Shown in pieces: positions 1-12,550 of a stretch of DNA of 64,000 nucleotides. The position numbers were made by a program, and so were the translations under genes. The stretch lies in NCBI RefSeq assembly GCF_009914755.1, contig NC_060931.1. The stretch is one strand, 5' to 3'. The stretch comes from the human T2T-CHM13v2.0 reference genome, Homo sapiens. The notes under the pieces are model-generated. The model was not told where the DNA came from, searched no databases, and saw only the letters and a program-made list of their open reading frames with translations. Position 1 is the first letter of the stretch. Every line of letters begins with the position of its first letter.

Positions 1-374
1 TGGCCAATGTGTTCTTCATAGAAACTGAAAATAGCCCCCGTGACAAATTGTTAGGTCTCCTGTTCTGGGGAGGTGCTTGGTCACGGGGTGCCACCGTCAA
101 GCCTCACTAGGTTCTCTAATTGTCATGCCTGAATTATTGCCAGAATTATTACCAGGAAAGAGGTGCAATTTTTCTTAGGATTCAAGCAAAAAAGCAGAAA
201 AAATTTGGAATTCTCAAAATGAAAAGTAGTTGAGATGCAAAATTATAGACAAGGAAGAAGCATGTGTGTGTGGGACATATATAGTACATATAATGCAAAT
301 GTACACATTATTCAAAAAATAAGTAATTAGCATGAAAATTAAAATAATTACATTTAAAAGGTACTGGGAGTAAT

Positions 375-1195
<821 letters not shown>

Positions 1196-3202
1196 TTCCT
1201 GCCTTCTTAATAAGAAAAATAAAATAGTGTTGAAGTGTTGGGGCGGCGAAAATTTTTGGGGGGTGGTATGGAGAGAGAATGGACGATGTTTCTCAGGGCT
1301 GCTTCAAGCGGGATTAGGGGCGGCGTGGAAACCTAGAGTGGGAGAGATTAAGCTGAAGGGAGGTCTTGTGGTAAGGGGTGATATTGTGGGGATGTTAGAA
1401 GAAACATTTGTCGTATAGAATGATTGGTGATGGCCTAGATACGGTTTTGGATGAATTGAGAAACTAAATGGAATAACAGAAGGAGAAAAACAGGTATAAA
1501 AGGTCTAAGAATTGGGACGACTCAGGATATCTGATTAGAGAGTGCCTAAGGAGATTCAGCATAGTCCTGCCAGCAAAGATTATTTATTTACTTCAAGAGT
1601 TAAGAGTGGCAGTTTGGGGATAGCACCAGGAGATATCAGCTGTGATGGCTTGGAAAAACAGTGTAAACCGGCAGTGTAAACAACAGCAGGGCATGTATGA
1701 GTAGTTGAGAACGGTGAATAGGAGTATGACTAGACAGAAGATAGTAGGGATGACAAGTTTTTTGGGGCACAGTCTAAGTTGGTCTGGTGTCTGGAATGAG
1801 ACTGGGGCCTAATAAAAAGGAGCGTCTATACAGGAGCTTAAATGGGCTGTACCCTGTAGCATTCCGAAGACAGGCCTGAATTCTGAGAAGGGAAAGTGGT
1901 AAAAGTATTGTCCAGTCCTTTTTAAGTTGGTGGCTGAGCTTGGTGAGGTGTGTTTTTAAAAGACCTTTAGTCCGTTCTACTTTTCTTGAAGACGGAGGAC
2001 CGTAAGGGATATAAAAGTTTCACTGAATACTAAGAGCCTGAAAAACTGCTTGGCTGATTTGACTAATAAAGGCTCATCTGTTATCAGACTGTATTGAGGT
2101 GGGAAGGCTAAACTGAGGAATTATGTCTGACAGAACAGAAGAAATGACTGCAGTGGCCTTCTCAGACCCTGTAGGAAAGGCCTCTACCTATCCAGTGGAA
2201 GTATCTACCTAGACTAAGAGGTATTTTAGTTATCTGACTCAGGGCATGTTGAGTAAAGCTAATTTGCCAGTCCTGGGTGGGGCAAATCCTCGAGCTTGAT
2301 GTGTAGGGAAGGGAGGGGGGCCTGAATAATCCCTGAGGAGTAGTAGAATAGCAGGTGGAACACTGAGAAGTTATTTCCTTGAGGATAGATTTCCACGATG
2401 GAAAGGAAATGAGAGGTTCTAAGAGGCGGGCTAGTGGCTTGTACTATAGCATAACCTGCCTTTGCTGGTGTGTGGCGATTAGGCCTGGTGGAACCGCCAT
2501 CAATAAATCAAGCGTGATCAGGGTGAGGAACAGGAAAGAAGGAAATGTGGGGAAATGGGGTGAATGTCAGGTGGATCAGAGAGATACAGTCATGGGGGTC
2601 AGGTGCGGTATCAGGAATAATGTGGGAGGCCGGATTGAGGTCTGGGCCAGGAACAACGGTAATTGTGGGAGACTCAACAAAGAGTGAGTATAGCTGAAGG
2701 AGCCAGGAAGCAGAAAGTATATGCGTCAGGTATGAGGAAGAAAATAGATTTTGGAAGTTATGAGAACTGTAGAGAGTGAGTTGAGAATAGTTTGTGATTT
2801 TGAGGGCCTCTAAAAGTATTAAAGCAGCGGCAGCTGCTGCACGCAGACATGAGGGCTAGGCTAAAACAGTAAGGTCAAGTTGTTTGGACAGAAAGGCTAC
2901 AGGGTGTGGTCCTGGCTCTTGTGTAAGAATTCTGACCACACTAACCATGCCTAGGAAGGAAAGGAGTTGTTGTTTTGTAGAAGGTGCTTGGGTTTGAGAG
3001 ATCAGTCGAACATGATTGGCAGGGAGAGCACGTGTGTTTTTATGAGAATTATGCCGAGATAGGTAACAGATGAGGAAGAAATTTGGGCTTGATTGAAGTA
3101 ATGGGGGCTGTCTGTGAAGCTCTGCGGCAGTACAGCCCAGGTAATTTGCTGAGCTTGATGGGTGTCAGGGTCAGTCCAAGTGAAAGCGAAGAGAGGCTGG
3201 GA

Positions 3203-3568
3203 TTAAGGGTGCAAAGGAATAGTAAAGAAAGCATGTTTGAGATCTAGAACAGAATAATGGGTTGTAGAGACAGATATTGAGGATAGGAGAGTATATGGGT
3301 TGGGCACCATGGGGTGGATAGGCAAAACAATTTGGTTGATAAGGCGCAGATCCTGAACTAACTTGTAAGGTTTGTCTGGTTTTAGGACAGGTAAAATGGG
3401 GGAATTGTAAGGAGAATTTATAGGTTTTAAAAGGCCATGCTGTAGCAGGCGAGTGATAACAGGCTTTAATCTTTTTAAAGTGTGCTGCGGGATGGGATAC
3501 TGGCGTTGAGTGGGGTAAGGGTGATTAGGTTTTAATGAGATGGTAAGGGGTTCATGATCAGTCGCCAA
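3203..3568 (-). pseudogene. HERV-H pol (RT N-terminal part) remnant
   Basis: YNSPILPVLKPDKPYKLVQDLRLIN and YSVLDLKHAFF motifs; ORF fragmentary. Confidence 0.9.
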
Positions 3569-3722
3569 GGAGGGAGTAGAGGTATCTTATACTTGTGGGT
3601 TAAGGTTGGGGGGATACAAGAGGAGGACGCAAAGGAGGCTTTGGATTGGGAAGAAGGGCGGCAATGAGATATAGCTGTAGTCCAGGAATAGTCAGGGAAG
3701 CAGATAATTTAGTTAAAGTGTC

Positions 3723-3977
3723 TCAGCCTAATAAGGGAACTGGGCAGGTGGGGATAACTAAAAAGGAGTGCTTAAAAGAGTATTGTCTACGTTGGCACCA
3801 GAGTTGGGGAGTTTTAAGAGGTTTAGAAGCCTGGCCGTCAATACCCACAACAGTTATGGAGGCAAGGGAAACAGGCCCTTGAAAAGAAGGTAATGTGGAG
3901 TGGGTAGCCTCTGTATTGATTAAGAAGGGGACTGACTTACCTTCCACTATGAGAGTTACCCAAAGCTCGGCGTCCAT
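3723..3977 (-). pseudogene. HERV-H protease remnant
   Basis: VPFLINTEATHS (degenerate DTGA active site), VVGIDG flap, C-terminal PVPLLG followed by a stop. Confidence 0.85.
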
Positions 3978-4027
3978 GATGGTCTATGGGGCTTCCAAGG
4001 TGATCGGGCAGCGTCAGTCTTCAGCCG

Positions 4028-4354
4028 CTAAGCGGAGAAGGAGTCAGTCAGAGAGCCTTGGGCCAGAGTTCCAGGGGCTCTGGGAGTGGCTGCCAGGTGA
4101 GTTGAACAGTCCGATTTCCAGTGGGGTCCCGCACAGATGGGACATGGCTTAGGAGGAATCCTGGGCCGCAGGCATTCCTTGGCCTGGTGGTCAGATTTCT
4201 GGCACTTGTAACAAGTTCCTGGGGGAGGAGGTTCTGGAGGAATGCCTGGCCGCTGAGGTTCAGGCGTTTGGAAGTTCTTGTGTGCTAGAGATGCGGCTGG
4301 GGTTTGTCTCACAGTGGAGGCAAGGAATTGCAACTTTTTTCTATTACTGTACAC
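4028..4354 (-). pseudogene. HERV-H gag nucleocapsid remnant
   Basis: Two CCHC knuckles, CYKCQKSDHQAKEC and CPICAGPHWKSDC. Confidence 0.9.
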
Positions 4355-6041
4355 CTTGAAGGCGAGGTTAATTAAATCCTGTTGTGGGGTTTGAGGGCCG
4401 GAACTTAATTTTTGGAGTTTTATTTAATGTCGGGAGCAGATTGGGTAATAAAATGTATATTGAGAATAAGATGGCCTTTTGACCTTTTAGGGTCTAGGGC
4501 TGTAAAGCGTCTCAGGGTTGCTGCCGAACGAGCCATGAACTGGGCTGGGTTTTTATATTTGATGAAAAAGAGCCTAAACGCTATCTGATTTGGGATAAAG
4601 AAAAAGGAGCAATAACCTTGACTATGCCTTTGGCTCCAGCCACCTTTTTAAGAGTAAATTGCTGGGCAGGTGGGGGAGGGCGAGTCACGGAACGAAACTG
4701 TAAGTCGGACCAGGTGTGAGGAGGGGAGGTGATAAAAAGATTATAGGGTGAAGGAGCGGAGGCTGAGGAAGAATTGGGACCTAGCTCGGCCTGGCGAGGA
4801 GCAGGCTGGGGAGGAAGGGAGAGGTCAGATGGGTCTGTAGAAAAGGAAGATTATAAAGACTCAGCGACGCTTGGGGTTGGTACTGAGGGGACAGGCGGGA
4901 GGGAAAGAAGGAAGATTTGGGACGAGTTGCACTGGGCACAGAGACTAGGACGGGACTGATGTGTAAAAGAATGCCTGGACATCAGGCACCTCAGACCGTT
5001 TGCCTATTTTATGACAATAATTATTTAGATCTTGCAGGATGGAAAAATTCAAAGTGCCATTTTCTGGCTATTTGGAACTACTGTCGAGTTTGTATTGGGG
5101 TCAAGCGGCATTGCAGAAGAAAATAAGGCATTTAGGTTTTAGGTCAGGTGTGAGTTGAAGAGGTTTTAAGTTTTTGAGAACACAGGCCAAGGGAGTAGAA
5201 GGAGGAATGGAGGGTGGAAGGTTGCCCATAGTGAAGGAAGGAAGCCTAGAGAAAAGAGAGTAGAGAAACGGAGGGAAGGGGTTCAGGGGTTCTTACCTGC
5301 CAGAAAAGTGGGAAAAGGGGTTGGGGCGCAGAGATAAGAGGTCAGGGCACGGAAATAAGGGATTGGGGCGCAGAGATATGAGGTTGGGGCACGGAAATAA
5401 GGGATTGGGTGCAGAGATAAGAGGTTGGGGTGTGGAAATAAGGGACTGGGGGTTCTTGCCCCATAGAAAAGCGGGACTTGCCGCTAAGGCTGAAGGAGAA
5501 GGGGTTGAGAGGTACTTGCCCCTGTCCCAGGAAAGTGGGACTTGCCGCTAAGGGTGAAGGAGAAGGGGTTGAGGGGTACTTGCCCCTGCCCCAGGAAAGC
5601 GGGACTTGCCACTAAGGGTGAAGGACCAAGGCAGGCGTCCCTGTGTGGTCTGACACCCTTGAAACATGAGTGTATAATCAGAGAGGCATCCCTGCAATGA
5701 TTAAACACCAAGGGAAGGCTGCCTTCCCAGTCCGTGACCGGCGCCGGAGTTTTGGGTTCATGGATAAAACATGTCTCTTTTGTCTCTACCAGAAAATGAA
5801 AGGAATTGAAATTAAGAGAAGGGAGAGACTGAAGTGTGGCGCCAAGATTGAAAGGAGAAAGAGGTTGAGGGATAGTGAGGGAGGTTGGAGAAGAGAGTAA
5901 AAAGAGGCCGCTTACCGGATTTGAAATTGGTGAGATGTTTCTTGGGCTGGTCGGTCTGAGGACCTGAGGTCATAGGTGGATCTTTCTCACGGAGCAAAGA
6001 GCAGGAGGACAGGGGATTGATCTCCCAAGGGAGGTCCCCCA

Positions 6042-6059
6042 ATCCGAGTCACGGTACCA
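6042..6059 (-). promoter_or_regulatory. HERV-H primer binding site (tRNA-His)
   Basis: Minus strand TGGTACCGTGACTCGGAT, 1 mismatch to TGGTGCCGTGACTCGGAT, 2 nt inside the 5' LTR. Confidence 0.92.
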
Positions 6060-6061
6060 AA

Positions 6062-6544
6062 TTTCGTGCGCGTCCGTGTGAAGAGACCACCAAACAGACT
6101 TTGTGTGAGCAATAAAGCTTTTAATCACCTGGGTGCAGGCGGGCTGAGTCCGAAAAGAGGGTCAGTGAAGGGAGATAATGGTGGGGCCATTTTATAGGAT
6201 TCTGGGAAGGTAAAGGAAAATTACAGTCAAAGAGGGTTTGTTCTCTGGCGGGCAGGAGTGGGGGTCGCAAGGTGCTCAGTGGGCAGGAGTGGGGGTCGCA
6301 AGGTGCTCAGTGGGGGTGCTTTTTGAGCCAGGATGAGCCAGGAAAAGGACTTTCACAAGGTAATGTCATCAGTTAAGGCAAGGACCAGCCATTTACACTT
6401 CTTTTGTGGTGGAATGTCATCAGTTAAGGTGGGGCAGGGCATATTCACTTCTTTTGTGATTCTTTAGTTACTTTAGGCCATCTGGGCGTATACATGCAGG
6501 TCACAGGGGATGCAATGGCTTGGCTTGGGCTCAGAGGCCTGACA
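6062..6544 (-). promoter_or_regulatory. HERV-H 5' LTR (LTR7, LTR7up-like), leftward promoter
   Basis: TATA box CCTATAAAA (plus ~6190-6198), GAATATGCCCTGCCCCACCTTAACTGATGACATTCCACCACAAAAGAAG block, intact major splice donor CCG|GTAAGC at 5915. Confidence 0.9.
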
Positions 6545-6589
6545 GCTACTAAGTCTTTATTTTATGCCAAATTCTCCTCTAAATGCAGT

Positions 6590-6790
6590 ACAGTATATCT
6601 TATTTCATTTTAATCCTCATAACAGGTCTAAAGCAAAGATACTATTATTATTTTACAGATAAGAAAACTAAAGCTTGGTGAAGTTAAGTCGCTTGCCCCG
6701 GATCACACAGATCGTGGCAAAACTAACAATCAAATTAGGGCCTGACTCCAGAGGCCAAGCTCTGACTTTTACATGTGCTGCCTCCCAGTG
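6590..6790. mobile_element. MIR-like SINE fragment
   Basis: TTTTACAGATAAGAAAACTAAAGCTTGGTGAAGTTAAGTCGCTTGCCC resembles the MIR core. Confidence 0.65.
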
Positions 6791-7820
6791 GGAAGAGCTG
6801 GTAATTACCAAGCCTGAACTCTGGTTCTATTACTCCTTCATTTCCCTAGAACTAATTTTTTTTTAAACAGTTTCATAGAGAACTTACTCACAATAGCCAA
6901 GACCCAGAAACAGTCCCAGTGTTGATAGATGAGTCAAGGGATAAACAAATCATGGTAAATACCTACATATTTAATTAGCCATCAAAGGGAATATGCTGCT
7001 AATACGTGCAACACCAATGAAGCTCAGAGACCCCATGCTTGGTGAAAATACCCAGACTGAAAAAGAGAACTCTGTCCTTACCTGTAACATCAGATAGGTT
7101 GAATAAAAATGATCTCCAAAGTCCTTTTTATTTCTAGCATTCTTAATTGCACCAAAGTTAGGAAAATATGTTCACATATCAAATTGATTTTTAAGTATCT
7201 TGACCTCATGACCAAAACGATAGCAATTCATTCAGCCTAGAATTTATAAATTACATGTTATGAATAATTAGTCACACTCATCCCAGTCCTGAAGAATATA
7301 ATTATTGCGATACATATAAAGCTCCATGAGAACCAGAAACAAGATAACTTCATTCACCTCTGTCTTCCAGGCATCAAGAACGACATCTTTCACACTGGAC
7401 ATGTTCACAAATGACTGGTGAATACTAAGGGATTAACATAAGATCACTAAACCACCTCTATGCTCCTCTTTTTGAGAAAAAGAAAAGAAAAATGAGAAAC
7501 AATGGATCTTCAGAGCTAAGTTGAAGTTAAGGATTATTTAGTTTATTCTCATTGTTTTATAAATGATTAAAGTAGACCCAGAGAGGACATTTTTACCATT
7601 GATACTGCTATGATTACTACTATTGTTGCTATTATCATTGTCTTCATGTTCTGAGGTAATTCTGAGAAATCTTTCTTTTTCATCCACCATGAAATACTGT
7701 AGAAGACTCAAGGGCTCTTTGCCTTTTTCTTGAACTGGAGATTTAGGAACCACAGCCCTCTGCCCACCAGTCCCCCTCCTGCACTCCCCACTCCTTAAGG
7801 ATAGAATTATTGAGTTTTTT

Positions 7821-7883
7821 ATATATATATATATATATTATATATAATATATATCATATAACTTATAACTTATATATATATAA
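7821..7883. repeat. (TA)n-rich microsatellite
   Basis: Degenerate TA run seen directly. Confidence 0.85.
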
Positions 7884-7924
7884 CTCAATCAATAATTCTA
7901 CCCTGAAAAGAGGAGGAGCTTCAT

Positions 7925-8939
7925 TGAGCAACAAAGTGGGCAGGTTCCTGGTGAGGCCCCACCTTCAGGCCAGGGAGGGTCTGAAGGCTGAGGACCAGGC
8001 TGCCAGTCCTGCAGACCAGAGTGGGAACTTGTGGTGCCTTCTCCAGGCTTACCCATGGCCACCCATGGACCAATCGGCACACACTTCCTCCCCTCTGAGG
8101 CCCATAAAAGCCCTGAGATCAGCCAGAGCAGAGCAGACATCAGGACAACCAGCTGCAGAGAGAAGCAACCCACTCCAGGGCCGCCACACTGCTGAGAGCT
8201 AGGCAGACAATGGGATCACCTGCCTGCAGAGAGGAGCTTCCCACTTCAGGGTCTCCTCTCTGCTAAGAGCTAAACACTTGTCAGGACACTCTGGTTGTGG
8301 AAAGGAACTACCCTATTGCTCAATAAAGTTCCTCTTTATCTTGCTCACCCTCCACTTTTCTGTGTACCTCATTCTTCCTGGTCACAGGAGAAGAACTTGG
8401 GACCTGTCGAGTAGTGGGGCTGAAAGAGCTATAAGACAAACAGGGCTGAAACATGCCCCTAGATCACCACATTGCAGGCAAAGAGAAGGAGAGAAGAGCT
8501 GCAGCCCTTCAGGGAGCCCAGACCTGGGAACCGTCTGAGCCAGGTCTGTGACTTCCTCTTCAGAGCTCTGTGGTTCCTGGTGTCTCCAAGCTTCCAGGCA
8601 TACCCATGTTCCCTGGTGCCAGCTGTAGAAGCTGCCTGTGGTGCACCTGGTCCAGCCGCAGCCTTGCAGAGGGCCAGCACCTGGAGCTGCCCTCCCCGCT
8701 GCAGCAGCCAGCATGTCTGACTGCACAGTGGCTGGACACCAGGCTCACTCACACAGCCCTTGCTGCTCCACACAGTCTCCCTTGGCAGTCATGGGATCCA
8801 GGCTGGTAGTGTGAGCTGAGCACCACCTGCCAGGCTGAGTGGACAGAGCAAGCCCCGCAGGATCGAGTAAACTCAAGCAAAGGCACCACTGGCCACAGGT
8901 TTCCAGTCAGAAAAGCAACACCCCAAAGATCCTATAACA
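7925..8939 (+). mobile_element. MER52-family (ERV1) LTR, ~1 kb; 5' boundary approximate
   Basis: CCCATGGACCAATC..CCCATAAAAGCCC promoter block, CAATAAAG, terminus AAGATCCTATAACA; homologous in reverse to ~12711-13750. Confidence 0.75.
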
Positions 8940-9273
8940 TAAAGACTACACCTTAGTATAAGGGCTGTGCTGTAGCACTAACAGCAAAGCTGAAAGTAAT
9001 GCTACCCAGAAAACCAGACTTTGACAGGATCAAGTAATCCACAAGTAAATGAGTTGTCCACCAGAAAATAATTTAACAAATCTTTAGAGGAAGAACCTCC
9101 CAAACTTATAATCTACAATGTCTGCAAAAAAAATTATGAGGCACATAAAAAAGGAAAATGTTATAGATAATTAAGAGAACAAATAACCAATAGAAATAGT
9201 GATCTAGAAGATCCATATTTGGGAGTTAGCTGACTAGGACTTAGTTGAATAACATTTTTTTAAATATGAAAGA

Positions 9274-9302
9274 TATATTAGTCAGGGAGTAACAGAGCAA
9301 AT

Positions 9303-9349
<47 letters not shown>

Positions 9350-9718
9350 AGAAAAAAAGGGATTTATTATAAAGAATACTCATGCAACACTGGAGGCTGA
9401 GAAGTTCAGACCCAGAAGAGCTGATGGTATCAGTTCCAGTCTTGAGTCTGAGTCAAAGGCAGGAGAAGACCAGTGTCCCAGACTGAAGACAAGCAGAGAA
9501 AGAACTCTTTCTTACTTAGCCTTTTATTCTATTCAGGCCTTTGACAAATTGGGTGAGGCCCACTCAAAATAGAGACAGCAATCTTCTTTCCTCAGTCTAC
9601 CCCTTCAAATGTGAATCTCACCCAGAAACACCCTCACAGATATACCCAGAAATAGTGTTTAACCAACTATCTGGGCATCATGTGGCCCAGTCAAGTTAAC
9701 ACATAGCTAATCATCACA
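9274..9718 (-). mobile_element. MLT2-type (ERV-L) solo LTR containing a (GT)n microsatellite at 9305-9346
   Basis: Plus-strand ends TATATTAGTCAGGG and AAGTTAACACATAGCTAATCATCACA typical of reverse-oriented MLT2; internal GT repeat. Confidence 0.75.
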
Positions 9719-11800
9719 CATGGAAATTGGGAAACTTTCAACACACCTGTGTATCTATATATCCATATATAAATTGCACATAAGACATTTACCATAGACC
9801 ACAAGACAGAGGCATATCCTAGGCTCATATAACAAGTTGACAAATCTCAAATTATTTAGATCATATATTGCATGTTCTGTCGCCACTATGGAATTGAGTG
9901 CTCAGTAAGAGAAAGATAAATAGAAGCTAGAAAAGCAACACATTTCAAATTACCCATGAGTTAAAGAAGAAATCACAATGAAAAAATAGAAACTATTTTG
10001 AGCTGAAAGATAAAGAAAAGACAATAAACCAAACTTGTTGTATACACCAAAAGGTGCTTTGGGGAATATTAATAGCTTCAAATGCATATATTAGGTGAAA
10101 GGAAAAGACTGAAAATCACTAAGTTAAGCCTCCATCTCAATAAACGAGGAAAAGAACAGTTAATTAAACCCAAGGATAAGAGAAGTAAATAATAAATATA
10201 ATAGCAGAAATCAATAAGGTATAACATAAGAAGTCAATGTAGTCAAAGTTGCTTCTTAGATAAATTTACTAAAATTAATAAGTCCCTAGGTAGACTAATC
10301 AAGGGAAGAAAAATGAGAAAATTCAATTTATCAGTATCAGGCATAGACAAGGAGAAATCACATAGACCTTAGAAATATTAAAAAGATAATAAAAAGACAT
10401 TATGAAAAACTTCATGCCCATAAATTTAAAAAATTTTGTGTCAAAACATTAGATTACATGGAGAAAAAAAATCCTCAAAATTCCAATATACCATCACTGG
10501 CACAGGATGAAATGAAAGATGTGAATGATATTGAATTTGTAATAATAATAGTTGTTTTTAATTTACAAAAAAAAAAAAAACTTCCCACAAAGAAAACTGT
10601 GAGATGGCTTTATTAGTGAATTCTCCTTCACATTTATGAAAAAACTAAAACCAATCTTATCCAAACTCTTAAAGACAGAGAGAATAAAAAGAAATACATT
10701 TCAACACATTTTATGAGATCATCGGAATTTTTATTTCTAAACCTATGAGTGCATTATTTTAAAAAAGGAAACCACAAGCTAATATATTTCATGAACACAT
10801 GAGAAAACTTAAGTAAATAAAATGCAAGCACATATTTAAAAAAGTAATACATCTCGAACAAGGGTAGTTTATTCCAGGAATAAAAGGCTAGTTTAACATT
10901 TAAAAGTGAATGTGATTAATCACATTAACAAAACAAATGAGAAAAGCTAGTAAGATTCAAATAAACCTAGAAACAGACTATTAGTAAAAGAATTTATCAA
11001 GGGCACTATACAAAAGTTGGTGGTATTTCTATATAAAGGCAACAAACAAGTAGAAAATATAAATTACCATTTGCCATAACATCAAAACATAAATCACTTA
11101 TAAATAAATCTAATGAGAAATGTGTAAGACTTTTATACAAAAAACTGCAAAACATTAATAAGAAAATGTTTGAAATACTTAAGTAAACAGGATGTGTCTG
11201 TTCCTTGACTGGAAAACTCAATGTTGTTAAGATGTCAGTTCTCCCAGAATTGGTCTATAGATTCAATGCAATTCAATGTAATCCCACTAAAACTCCCTTG
11301 GTTTTCTGTTGTTGTGTTGGGGGTTGGGCGGGGTGGGGGGGTAGAAACTAACAAGCCGATTCTTCTCTTTTTCCCCCATTGGCTAGGCTCCCTCAAAGCA
11401 GACAAGCTGTTTCTAAAATTCATACGGAAATGCAGAGAGCCTAGAATGTCCAAGGACGTAAGGAAGTAGAACAAAGCTCATATATTTTAAACCATGAGAT
11501 ATAAAGCCTATTAGAAAACTACAGAAATTAAGACAGTGCAGTACTGGTACTAGAATATGGAGCAGACCAATCCAATAGGAAGAGGAGTCCAGAAACAGAC
11601 CCACAAGTCTCCCACACCCTAATGGGGAGAGAGGGAACTCCACTGCAATTCAGTGGGAAAAGGTACATGGAAAACAAAAACAAGAAACCTTGGCCCCCTA
11701 CTTTAGGAAAGCTGAGAAAATCAAGTTTCTATAAGAAATATAGGACAATATCTTCATGAGCTTAGAAGAGGCAACTATTTCTCAAACATGACACCAAAAC

Positions 11801-12525
11801 TGAAACTGCCTTTGCAAAACTATGACAATAAAAGAAATCCAATATGGCTGAGTTCATCTTGCTTCTAGCCTCACAGGCTGGCTGTCTTCATTCATTCACG
11901 GGTATAGACCAAGCTTACTATGGGAGAAATTTAGTTTACAGTTTAAATAATAACAGCCCTTCCCAAAAACTAAACTTTCTTTGTAAAACTAATGAAAGGC
12001 CACCAAGTTAGGAGGATGAAAGGGGTCTGAATTCTGCTAGATGTAGGCATAGTTAAATACTTACTAGTCATTATTCTGGAGGTCCCAAGATTTGCAACTT
12101 CCCCAATTACTCCTGCAGATAGCATCACTCTTGTAGAACCTAAGATTGACCTTTTGAGATGTCTTTTAAGGCTTTTGCATTTCTGACAACCAGATGATTC
12201 CACTTGGACCTGGACATTGGACCTGGACTCCTCTAGTAGCCCCCACTCAGAAACAGCCTCAGCACACAAGGATCATTTTCCACACCCCTATGATTGCATC
12301 CTCAACTAATCAGGATGTCCCCTTCTGGATACCCTTGCCCAACAAATTCTCCTTGGAAAACCCTAGTCTACAAATTTCTGGAGAGATTAATTTGAGTAAT
12401 AACTGTCTCCCATGTGGCATGGCCAGCCAAGGGTTAATTAAACCCTTTCTTTACTGCAATGTCATGGTCTCAGTGGATTGACGTTGTTTGTGCAGCAGGC
12501 AGGAAGAACCTATCAGGTTATTACA
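11801..12525 (+). mobile_element. LTR8/LTR8A-like solo LTR (ERV1)
   Basis: Starts TGAAACTGCCTTTGCAAAA, ends GTTATTACA, 725 bp, near-TSD AAAC/GAAC. Confidence 0.8.
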
Positions 12526-12550
12526 GAACTACTATTAAGAAAGTAAAACA

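Noticed and set aside
5320-5630. Tandem repeats in the HERV-H leader
   Set aside because: As I recall these are a standard part of the HERV-H internal 5' region, not specific to this locus
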